In this document: positions 43,199 through 51,141 of the stretch, piece after piece | Layout: the number at the start of each line of letters is the position of its first letter | Numbering within the stretch: the first letter of the stretch is position 1 | NCBI GenBank assembly: GCA_037440385.1 | Contig: JBBIUI010000003.1 | Coordinates: 4,533-68,532 of the forward strand | Length of the DNA: 64,000 nucleotides | Direction: 5' to 3' | DNA from: Rhodocyclales bacterium | GTDB lineage: Bacteria > Pseudomonadota > Gammaproteobacteria > Burkholderiales > Rhodocyclaceae | Program-made: the position numbers and the translations under genes | Notes under the pieces: generated by a model | Databases searched by the model: none | What the model saw: only the letters and a program-made list of their open reading frames with translations | Told to the model about the DNA's origin: nothing

Positions 43199-44934
43199 TG
43201 CGCACGGTGTCTTCCGGCCTGCCGAAGAAACCGCTGACGGAAAAGCGCCGTCCGCTCGGCCAGATCCTGCTCGCCCAGGGCGTGATCTCCGAGGACCAGT
43301 TGCGCATCGCGCTGCTCGAGCAGATGAAGTCGAACCAGCCGGTGGGCAAGCTGCTCGTCGCGCTGGGCTTCGTCTCGGAAGCGACGCTGCGCGACGCGCT
43401 CGGCAAGAGCCTGGGCAAGCGCAGCGTCGACCTGTCGAACGCGATGGTCGATGCCGGTGCGCTGCGCCTGGTGCCGCGCGAGGTGGCCAAGCGCCACCGC
43501 GTGCTCGCGCTCGACTTCGACCGGGAGCGGCACCGGCTGACGCTGGCGACCGCGGATGTCAATGACATCGTCGTCGTCGACAAGGTCCGCGCGCTGCTGC
43601 CCGAGGGCGTCGACGTCGAGACGGTCATCGCCGCCGAGTCCGAGATCCTGCGCGCGATCGACCAGTATTACGGCCACGAGCTGTCCATCGACGGCATCCT
43701 CAACGAGATCGAGACGGGCGAGGTCGACTACCGCTCGCTCGCGGCGTCGACGGACGAATACAGCCAGCCGGTCGTGCGCCTGATCAATGCGCTGATCACC
43801 GACGCGGTCAAGCGGGACGCCTCCGACCTGCATTTCGAGCCGGAGCAGAATTTCCTGCGCATCCGCTACCGCATCGACGGCATCCTTCGCCAGATCCGCG
43901 CGCTCCACAAGTCGTACTGGCCCGCGATGGCGGTGCGCATCAAGGTCGTCAGCGGCATGAACATCGCCGAGACCCGCGCGCCGCAGGACGGGCGGATCTC
44001 GCTGAACATCAGCGGACGGCCGGTCGACTTTCGGGTATCCGCGCAGCCCACCCTCCACGGCGAGAACATCGTGCTGCGCATCCTCGACCGGCAGAAGGGG
44101 CTGGTGCCGCTCGACCGGCTCGGGCTCGAGGAATCCCAGCTCGACCTGCTGAACCTGATGATCGCGCGCCCGGAAGGGTTGATCCTGGTGACCGGCCCGA
44201 CCGGCAGCGGCAAGACCACGACGCTGTACTCGATCCTCAACCAGATCAACTCCGAGGCGATCAACGTGATGACCCTCGAGGATCCGGTGGAGTATCCGCT
44301 CGGCATGATCCGCCAGACCTCGATCGCCGATGCGCTGAAGCTCGACTTCGCCAACGGCGTGCGCTCGATGATGCGGCAGGATCCCGACGTCATCCTGGTC
44401 GGCGAGATCCGCGACGCCGACACCGCGCAGATGGCGTTTCGCGCCGCGATGACCGGCCACCAGGTCTATTCGACGCTGCATACGAATTCGGCGCTCGGCG
44501 CGCTGCCGCGGCTGGCCGACATCGGCATCCTCGCCGACATCATGGCCGGCAACATCATCGGCGTGATCGCGCAGCGGCTGGTGCGCAAGCTGTGCGTGCA
44601 TTGCCGGCGTGCGTATGCGGCCGAGCCGCACGAGGCGAGGCTGCTCGGCGTCGCGCCCGGCGAGCCGGCCCCGCGCATCTATCGTGCGGTCGGCTGCGAG
44701 GCATGCGAATACCAGGGCTATCGCGGGCGCCAGGCGCTGATCGAAATCCTGCGAATGGACGCCGATCTGGACGAGCTCGTCGCACGCCGGGCGACGCTGC
44801 GCGAGCTGCGCGCCGCCGCGAGCGCGAAGGGATTCCGGCCGCTCGCCGAAGACGGCCTGCGGCGCGTGCTCGACGGAACGACCTCGCTCGACGAGGTCGC
44901 ACGCGTCGTCGATCTGACCGGACGCATGGCCTAG
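43195..44934 (+). CDS. GspE/PilB/MshE-family secretion ATPase with MshEN-like N-terminal domain
   Basis: GPTGSGKTTT Walker A, ILVGEIRD Walker B, tetracysteine CVHC...CEAC. N-terminal LGQILLAQGVISEDQLRIALLEQ repeat pair. Start is either GTG 43195 or ATG 43198. Confidence 0.9.
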   Translation: MMRTVSSGLPKKPLTEKRRPLGQILLAQGVISEDQLRIALLEQMKSNQPVGKLLVALGFVSEATLRDALGKSLGKRSVDLSNAMVDAGALRLVPREVAKRHRVLALDFDRERHRLTLATADVNDIVVVDKVRALLPEGVDVETVIAAESEILRAIDQYYGHELSIDGILNEIETGEVDYRSLAASTDEYSQPVVRLINALITDAVKRDASDLHFEPEQNFLRIRYRIDGILRQIRALHKSYWPAMAVRIKVVSGMNIAETRAPQDGRISLNISGRPVDFRVSAQPTLHGENIVLRILDRQKGLVPLDRLGLEESQLDLLNLMIARPEGLILVTGPTGSGKTTTLYSILNQINSEAINVMTLEDPVEYPLGMIRQTSIADALKLDFANGVRSMMRQDPDVILVGEIRDADTAQMAFRAAMTGHQVYSTLHTNSALGALPRLADIGILADIMAGNIIGVIAQRLVRKLCVHCRRAYAAEPHEARLLGVAPGEPAPRIYRAVGCEACEYQGYRGRQALIEILRMDADLDELVARRATLRELRAAASAKGFRPLAEDGLRRVLDGTTSLDEVARVVDLTGRMA

Positions 44935-44960
44935 CGCGCCGCGCGGGGCTGCCGACGACC

Positions 44961-46163
44961 GTGGCCGTGTACAGCTACAAGGCGATGGATCCGCGCGGCC
45001 GGATCGTGTCCGGCCAGATCGAGGCCGTCAACGCGGTCGACCTCGAGATGCGCCTCAAGCGCATGAGTCTCGATTTCATCGACGGCGCACCGCGTTCGGG
45101 GCAAGCGTGGCATGCCGGCCGCGGCGTGCCGCGGCGCGAGCTGATCAACTTCTGCTTCCATCTCGAGCAACTGGTGCATGCGGGCGTGCCCATCCTCGAA
45201 GGGCTCGCCGACCTGCGCGACTCGATCGCGCAACCGCGCCTGCGCGCGGTGGTCGCCGGCATCATCGAGAGCATCGGGGGCGGACGCACGCTGTCGCAGG
45301 CATTGGTCGAGGCGCCCGACGTGTTCGACCGGGTCTTCGTCAGTCTGGTGCGCGCCGGCGAGCAGACCGGCAGGCTGCCGGAGGTGCTGCGCAACCTGTC
45401 CGAATCGCTCAAGTGGGAGGACGAGCTCGCTTCCCACACGAAGAAGCTGGTCATCTACCCCGTGATCGTCGGCACCATCGTGCTCGCCGTCACCGCCTTC
45501 ATGATGATCTACCTGGTGCCCCAGATGGCGAGCTTCTTCCGGATGACCGGGCACGAGCTGCCGCCGCAGACGGTGCTGTTGATCGCGGTATCGAAGCTGT
45601 TCGTCGATCACTGGGCGGCGCTCGCCGGGGTGCCGATCCTGGCCGTGCTCGCGCTGCGCATGCTGATCCGCAACAACCCGCTCGCGCGCTACCGGTTCGA
45701 TGCGTTCAAGCTGGCGCTGCCGGTCGCCGGCCCGATCCTGCGCAAGATCATCCTGTCGCGCTTCGCCGGGGTGCTCGCGATGATGTATTCCGCCGGCATT
45801 CCGCTGATCGACGCCGTGCGCACGACCGAGGAGGTCGCAGGCAATGCCGTCATTCGCGCAGGGCTGCACCGCGCCGGCGAGCTGATGTCCGAGGGACACA
45901 ACGTCACCGCGGCGTTCGATGCCACCGGGCTGTTCCCGCCGCTGGTGCTGCGCATGCTGCGGGTGGGCCAGAACACCGCCGCGCTCGATGCCGCGCTCGC
46001 CAACGTCGGCTATTTCTACAACCGCGACGTGCGCGAGGCGATCGAGAAGCTCCAGGCGGTGATCGAGCCCGGCCTGACGCTGGTGCTCGGCATGCTGCTG
46101 CTGTGGGTGATGCTCTCGGTGCTCGGGCCGGTCTACGACATCATCGCCCGCCTGAAATTCTGA
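44961..46163 (+). CDS. GspF/PilC/MshG-family inner-membrane platform protein
   Basis: (V)AVYSYKAMDPRGRIVSGQIEA... Two T2SSF-type repeats (LEQLVHAGVPILEGL / LAMMYSAGIPLIDAV), 3 TM. GTG at 44961 is in frame with the over-extended track ORF. Confidence 0.85.
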   Translation: MAVYSYKAMDPRGRIVSGQIEAVNAVDLEMRLKRMSLDFIDGAPRSGQAWHAGRGVPRRELINFCFHLEQLVHAGVPILEGLADLRDSIAQPRLRAVVAGIIESIGGGRTLSQALVEAPDVFDRVFVSLVRAGEQTGRLPEVLRNLSESLKWEDELASHTKKLVIYPVIVGTIVLAVTAFMMIYLVPQMASFFRMTGHELPPQTVLLIAVSKLFVDHWAALAGVPILAVLALRMLIRNNPLARYRFDAFKLALPVAGPILRKIILSRFAGVLAMMYSAGIPLIDAVRTTEEVAGNAVIRAGLHRAGELMSEGHNVTAAFDATGLFPPLVLRMLRVGQNTAALDAALANVGYFYNRDVREAIEKLQAVIEPGLTLVLGMLLLWVMLSVLGPVYDIIARLKF

Positions 46164-46168
46164 CCGCC

Positions 46169-47719
46169 ATGGCCGCCGTGCGCCTGCTCCACCTCGATGC
46201 CGCGCGCCTGACCGCGTACCGGTGGGCCGGTTCGCATCCGGTGGAGGAAGGCCGCTACGCGAACGACCCGGGCGGATGGAAAGCCTTCCACGGCTATTCT
46301 CTGAGCCACCCGCGCAGCGTCTATCGGCTGCTCGCCGACATCCAGGACGAAGGCTTCGGTTTCGAGTCGATTCCGTATGTCATGGGCGCCGACCGCAAGG
46401 CGCTGATCCGTCGCAAGCTCGGCCAGCATTTCCTCGGCACGCCGTTTACCTGCGCGATCTCGCACGGGCGCGATCCGGCCGGGCGGCGCGACGAGCGCAT
46501 GCTGTTTCTCGCGCTGACCCGCGCGCAACTGTTGGAGCCCTGGCTCGCCGCGCTGCGCGCCGCGCAGGCCCAGCTCGCCGGCATCTACTCGGCCCCGCTG
46601 GTGTGCCAGGCACTGGCCGGCGCGCTCAAGCTCGAACGCGCCGGCGAAGCGGTGCTGCTGGTCACCAGTGGAGCGTCGGGCGTGCGCCAGAGCTGTTTCG
46701 TCGAGGGCAGGCTGCGCTTCTCCCGCCTTTCGGCGCTCACCGGGGACGGCGTTGCCGAACGGGCCCGCATCTGCGCCGAGGAACCCGCGAAGCTCTACCA
46801 GTATCTCGTCGGCCAGCGCATCCTCGCGCGCGGCACGCGCCTGCCGACGATCGTGCTGTGCGATCCGTCCGAGCGCGCGATGCTCGCCGCGGCCTGCCCG
46901 AGCGCAGGCGAACTGGAGTTCGATTTCGCCAGCCTGCGCGCGGCCGAGTCGGCCTGCGGCCTGCGCGGCACGCACACGGGCGGATCGGCCGATTCGCTGT
47001 TGCTGCACCTGCTCGCAACCCGGCCGCCGAAAGTCCAGTTCGCACCCGAACCGGATCGCCACCTGTACCGCATCGGGCAGGTGCGATTCGCGATGCTCTC
47101 GGGCGCGGCGATCGTGCTCGCCGGCTGTGTGCTCGCCTCGGCCAAGCACCTGTACGAGGCCCGGGCGGTGCGCGAGCAGGCACGCGCGGTGGTCCTGGAG
47201 GCCGGCGAGTATGCGGCCCGCCATCGCGCGATCCTGGACCGGCTGCCTCCCGTGCCGGCGGCGCTCGAGGATGTGCGCGCCGTGGTCGATCGCTACGAGG
47301 AAATCGAGCGGCGCTCGGCGCCGATCGAACCGATGCTGCGACACATCAGCCAAGCGCTGGAAGCGGTTCCGGAGATCGAGCTCGAACGCGTGGAATGGCA
47401 GCTGACGACCCGCCCGGAGGAGGCCGGCGCGAGCATCCCGGGGGCGGCGAATCGCGCGGCTGCGCGCGCCCAGGACCGCATGCTCGCCGTGGCCGTCGTG
47501 TCGGCCGCGATCGAGGCTGCGGCGCAGGGCGATCGCCGGCGCATCTTCGAAACGATCGAGGAATTCGCGGCGGCGTTCAGGCGTGACCCGGACGTGCAGG
47601 TGGGCATCGTGCAACGGCCCTTCGACATCGATCCGGGGCGCGCGCTCAAGAGCGCCGGTGGCGACGGCACGGGCGTCGCGCGCTTCGTGCTGCGCGTGAG
47701 CTACCCTGTGCGGCCATGA
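46169..47719 (+). CDS. 516-aa bitopic assembly protein (GspL- or MshI/PilM-PilN-fusion-like topology)
   Basis: About 320-aa cytoplasmic part, one TM (FAMLSGAAIVLAGCVLASA), and a coiled-coil periplasmic part. Position after the platform gene; ATG at 46169 is in frame with the 870-aa track ORF. The assignment rests on topology and context only. Confidence 0.55.
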   Translation: MAAVRLLHLDAARLTAYRWAGSHPVEEGRYANDPGGWKAFHGYSLSHPRSVYRLLADIQDEGFGFESIPYVMGADRKALIRRKLGQHFLGTPFTCAISHGRDPAGRRDERMLFLALTRAQLLEPWLAALRAAQAQLAGIYSAPLVCQALAGALKLERAGEAVLLVTSGASGVRQSCFVEGRLRFSRLSALTGDGVAERARICAEEPAKLYQYLVGQRILARGTRLPTIVLCDPSERAMLAAACPSAGELEFDFASLRAAESACGLRGTHTGGSADSLLLHLLATRPPKVQFAPEPDRHLYRIGQVRFAMLSGAAIVLAGCVLASAKHLYEARAVREQARAVVLEAGEYAARHRAILDRLPPVPAALEDVRAVVDRYEEIERRSAPIEPMLRHISQALEAVPEIELERVEWQLTTRPEEAGASIPGAANRAAARAQDRMLAVAVVSAAIEAAAQGDRRRIFETIEEFAAAFRRDPDVQVGIVQRPFDIDPGRALKSAGGDGTGVARFVLRVSYPVRP

Positions 47720-48321
47720 ACGTCACGCACGAGGACGTGCTGCGACTGCGCACCGGTGCGGTGCTGGCGATCGCGATCGTGCTGGCCGGCGTGTCGCTGG
47801 TGCTGCTCACCAGCCGCTGGCACCGCGCCGAAGACGACGCCGCGCGCCGGGCGGTAGCCGCGCGAGATGCGATGCGCGCGAGCCTGGTCCGTGCACACCG
47901 CGAACAGGACGAACTCACCCGCAAGATCGAGCGCTTCAACCGCCTCGCGGCCGCGGGGCGGATCGGAGAGGAGCGCCGGCTGGACTGGGCGGAACGGATC
48001 AGGGCGATCGAGACCGCGCGCAGGCTCGATCCGGTGCGCTACGAGATCGCGCCGCGCCGGCCGCTCGATCCGGCGCTGTCGGCGGCGACGGGCGGGCATT
48101 TCGAATTCCTCGCCAGCAGCATGCGCATCGAGATGCGGCTGCTGCACGAGGGGGATCTGATCGCGCTGCTCGACGACCTGCAGGGCTCGGTGACCGCACT
48201 GGTACGCCCGCGCGCCTGCACGATCGAGCGGCTCGCATGGCAAGGCGAACCGGCCGGCCGCGCCACGCTGAAGGCGCAATGCACGATGGACTGGATCACG
48301 ATCCGCGAGGGGGCACGCTGA
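47716..48321 (+). CDS. 201-aa bitopic protein (GspM/PilO/MshJ-like)
   Basis: N-terminal TM (GAVLAIAIVLAGVSLVLLTS) plus coiled coil. ATGA overlap with the upstream gene. Assignment by context and topology. Confidence 0.5.
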   Translation: MNVTHEDVLRLRTGAVLAIAIVLAGVSLVLLTSRWHRAEDDAARRAVAARDAMRASLVRAHREQDELTRKIERFNRLAAAGRIGEERRLDWAERIRAIETARRLDPVRYEIAPRRPLDPALSAATGGHFEFLASSMRIEMRLLHEGDLIALLDDLQGSVTALVRPRACTIERLAWQGEPAGRATLKAQCTMDWITIREGAR

Positions 48322-48782
48322 TGCGGCCGGACCTGCGCAGCACAGCCGGGCGGCGCCGCGCGGCGCTGCGGCTCGTCGCGCTCGTGGCGGGTGTGCCGAT
48401 CGCCGCGTCGGCGGCAGGCGAGCCGCTCGGCAGGCTGTTCTTCACGCCGCAGGAACGCGCCCGGCTCGAACGGCAGAGAGGGGCGGACTCGCCCGGCGAT
48501 GCGGCCGCGCGACCCTCCTCGGTTCGCGTCGGCGGCGTGGTCGCGCGCTCCGGCGGGCGCAATACCGTATGGCTGAACGGCACCGCGCTCGACGCCGCGG
48601 GTCACGACCGCCCGGTCGAGCTGCGACCGAACTCGCCCGCGACGGTGGTGGTACGCGTCGAGCCGGGCAGGACGGCCCGACTGAAGGTCGGCGAGTCGAT
48701 CGACCTGCCGGGCGGCGACAAGCACGACGCGCTCGGCGGGGGGCGGGTCGTCGTCTCCGCACCGGCCAGGACGTCGAAATGA
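48321..48782 (+). CDS. 153-aa secreted protein (PilP/GspC-HR/MshK-like)
   Basis: Signal peptide RRRAALRLVALVAGVPIAASAAG. VRVGGVVARSGGRNTVWLNGTAL resembles the x-INGxxV beta-domain of MshK/PilP. TGATG coupling. Confidence 0.45.
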   Translation: MRPDLRSTAGRRRAALRLVALVAGVPIAASAAGEPLGRLFFTPQERARLERQRGADSPGDAAARPSSVRVGGVVARSGGRNTVWLNGTALDAAGHDRPVELRPNSPATVVVRVEPGRTARLKVGESIDLPGGDKHDALGGGRVVVSAPARTSK

Positions 48783-49948
48783 ATTCCCCGGCCGTCCCGT
48801 GCCGGGGCCCTCGCACGCAGCGCGGAGCCGTGTTGATGGTGCTGCTCGTGCTGTTCGTGGCGGTCGGCGCCTATCTGCTGGTGTCGCGGCTCGGCGCCGC
48901 ACAGCTGCGCAGCGCGCGCGGCAGCACCGCCGCGCTCGCGATGGCACGCGACGCGCTGATCGGGCGCGCGCTCGCGGACGACAACCGGCCCGGCAGCCTG
49001 CCGTGCCCGGACACCGATGACGATGGCGCGGTCAACGGGGTCGCCGGCAATTGCACCTCTTCCTACCTCGGCAGGCTGCCCTGGAAGACGATGGGGCTTG
49101 CCGATCTGCGCGACGCGGCCGGCGAACGGCTGTGGTATGTGCTGTCGCCCGCGTTGCGCGACAACGAGGCCGCCTGGCCGATCAACGGCGACACGCATGC
49201 CACGCTCACCGTAGACGGTGCGGACGAAATCGCGGCGGTCGTGTTCGCCCCCGGCGCGGCGCTCGCAGGCCAGAACGGCCGTCCGGGAAACGCCGTCGCC
49301 GACTATCTCGAAGGCGCCAACGCGGACGGTGACGACGCATACCGCACCGGTGCGCCCGGCGAAGCCTTCAATGACAGGCTTCTGGTCGTGCGGCGAAGCG
49401 AGCTGATGCACGCGGTCGCCTCGCGCATCGCCGGCGAAGCGCTGAAGTGCCTGCATGACTTCGCGGCCGCGAATTCGGGGCGTTATCCCTGGGCCGCGGA
49501 CGTGACCGCATCGGCCTCCGGAAATTACAGCGACACCGACAGAACGCACTTCGGCCGGTTGCCCCATGGCTTGGACGCGACTTCGGCATCGCTGGGGATC
49601 ACCGCATCCTGGCCCGCGGGTTGCGGCCTCGCGTCGCCGTGGTGGGCAGACAACGGCTGGGGGCAGTTCGTGTTCTATTCGCTGGCTCCGGAATTCGCGC
49701 CGGACGCGGCTCCCTCGCCGGTCTGTGCGGGAAGTTGCCTCGCGGTCGCCAATGCCGCCGGCGGTACCGATGTCAGGGTGGTCGTGATCGTCGCAGGCGA
49801 GCCCCTGTCCGGGCAGCACCGCGTGACGGCCGCGGACAGGAGCGGTGTCGCGAACTACCTGGAAGGGGAGAACGCGACGCCTGCCGACGGCAGGTTCGAG
49901 CGACGCGCCCCCGGTACGGCATTCAATGACGTCGTCGTTTTCGAATAA
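48779..49948 (+). CDS. 389-aa pseudopilin-like protein with GspK-type N-terminus (no Glu5)
   Basis: RTQRGAVLMVLLVLFVAVGAYLLV resembles the GspK QRG-hydrophobic N-terminus. ATGA overlap with the upstream gene. Shares an ALIGxA..LPCP motif with the next ORF. Confidence 0.5.
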   Translation: MNSPAVPCRGPRTQRGAVLMVLLVLFVAVGAYLLVSRLGAAQLRSARGSTAALAMARDALIGRALADDNRPGSLPCPDTDDDGAVNGVAGNCTSSYLGRLPWKTMGLADLRDAAGERLWYVLSPALRDNEAAWPINGDTHATLTVDGADEIAAVVFAPGAALAGQNGRPGNAVADYLEGANADGDDAYRTGAPGEAFNDRLLVVRRSELMHAVASRIAGEALKCLHDFAAANSGRYPWAADVTASASGNYSDTDRTHFGRLPHGLDATSASLGITASWPAGCGLASPWWADNGWGQFVFYSLAPEFAPDAAPSPVCAGSCLAVANAAGGTDVRVVVIVAGEPLSGQHRVTAADRSGVANYLEGENATPADGRFERRAPGTAFNDVVVFE

Positions 49949-50792
49949 GCTCGCGGCGCGGCGCGGCTGCCGGGGCTTCACGCTCGCCGAACTGGCCATC
50001 GTGCTGCTGGTGGTCGCGGTGCTGCTGGGCGGCCTGCTGATGCCCCTGTCCGCCCAGATCGAGCAGCGCAATCTGGAGGAGACCCGGCGCCGGCTCGATG
50101 AGGTGCGCGAGGCGCTGATCGGATTCGCCGAAGCGAACGGACGCCTGCCGTGCCCGGCTTCGGCGACGAGCGACGGCAGGGAGGCGTTTTGCACCGGTGC
50201 GAGCGGCGCCTGCGGACCCGAGCTGTACGCCCCGCCCGACCCGAATCACGGTCGTTGCGCCGCGTTCTACGACGGCTTCGTACCCGCGGTCACGCTCGGC
50301 CTCGCGCCGGTCGATTCTCAGGGATACCTGCCAGACGCCTGGGGGACGAGCGCGCGCAATCGCATCCGCTACGCGGTCGCCCCGAACACGGTCGCGGGAG
50401 TCGATTACGCGTGGACCGGCTCGGGCCCCGGCAGGGGACCCCGGGCGGCGGGCCTGACCAACCTGGGCGAGGTCTCGAAACAATATCTGTGGGTCTGCTC
50501 GGGCCTGCCCAATACGGAGACGGGCGGCTCGTGCGATCCCGCCGTCAAGCTGACCGACAACGCACCGGCCCTCGTGTATTCGGTCGGAAAGAACGCGACC
50601 GATCCCGCCAGCGGCACGACCGGCGACGAAGCCGCGAACCCGAACCCGAACGGCGGCACCGCGGACCAGACTTTCGTCAGCCGCACCTCGTCCCCGGCAG
50701 GTGCCGCAGGGGGGCAGTTCGACGACATCGTCACCTGGGTGCCGCTGCCCGTGCTGCTCAACCGCATGGTCGCCGCCGGCCAGCTTCCATGA
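49926..50792 (+). CDS. 288-aa prepilin-type (N-methylation site) pseudopilin
   Basis: Leader MTSSFSNKLAARRGCRG / FTLAELAIVLLVVAVLLGGLL: Gly-1, Phe+1, Glu+5. Start trimmed from the track ORF; overlaps the upstream gene by 23 nt. Confidence 0.7.
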   Translation: MTSSFSNKLAARRGCRGFTLAELAIVLLVVAVLLGGLLMPLSAQIEQRNLEETRRRLDEVREALIGFAEANGRLPCPASATSDGREAFCTGASGACGPELYAPPDPNHGRCAAFYDGFVPAVTLGLAPVDSQGYLPDAWGTSARNRIRYAVAPNTVAGVDYAWTGSGPGRGPRAAGLTNLGEVSKQYLWVCSGLPNTETGGSCDPAVKLTDNAPALVYSVGKNATDPASGTTGDEAANPNPNGGTADQTFVSRTSSPAGAAGGQFDDIVTWVPLPVLLNRMVAAGQLP

Positions 50793-50952
50793 CCCCGGAG
50801 CCCTCGGTTGACCGCTGAAGCGTAATGTCAACATCATGTTTCGGAACCGCGACCTCGTGAACGTGAATCCGCCCTCGACCGGCGCGGCGAGACCGCGAAA
50901 GGCCGGATTGCACGGGCTCGCGGGCACACGGCTGCGTCGTCACTCGTTGGAA

Positions 50953-50968
50953 TGGAACGACCCCTGCG
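50953..50968 (+). promoter_or_regulatory. weak candidate sigma-54 -24/-12 element (TGGAACG-N4-CTGCG) upstream of the cyclase
   Basis: GG and GC have the correct 12-nt register, about 175 nt before the GTG at 51142. Chance matches are frequent in GC-rich DNA. Confidence 0.2.
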
Positions 50969-51141
50969 CGCCGTTTCGCCTTGCCCAGCACCCGCAATCC
51001 CCCACGCCGAGGTCCGTCCAGCCGAGGTATCCGGGATGATCGGCGTTACGCCGCGGTCATGTTGACCGGCGCAGGCGGTGCTGACACACTCGGCCCGGAC
51101 GCTGCCTCGAGGCGAGGCCGCCCCGACCACGAGAGCGCCCG

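Noticed and set aside
43108-44631. 507-aa minus-strand ORF. Similar long antisense ORFs occur at 17762-19495, 48602-50194, 51046-52341, 40017-41750 and 27318-28988.
   Set aside because: All are antisense to genes with strong family signatures, and none shows a motif of its own.
50836-51039. 67-aa ORF in the 349-bp gap between the last pseudopilin gene and the cyclase. I looked here for a missing prepilin peptidase or minor pilin.
   Set aside because: It has no hydrophobic pilin-like N-terminus, no Shine-Dalgarno and an Arg/Pro-rich composition. It is far too small for a peptidase.
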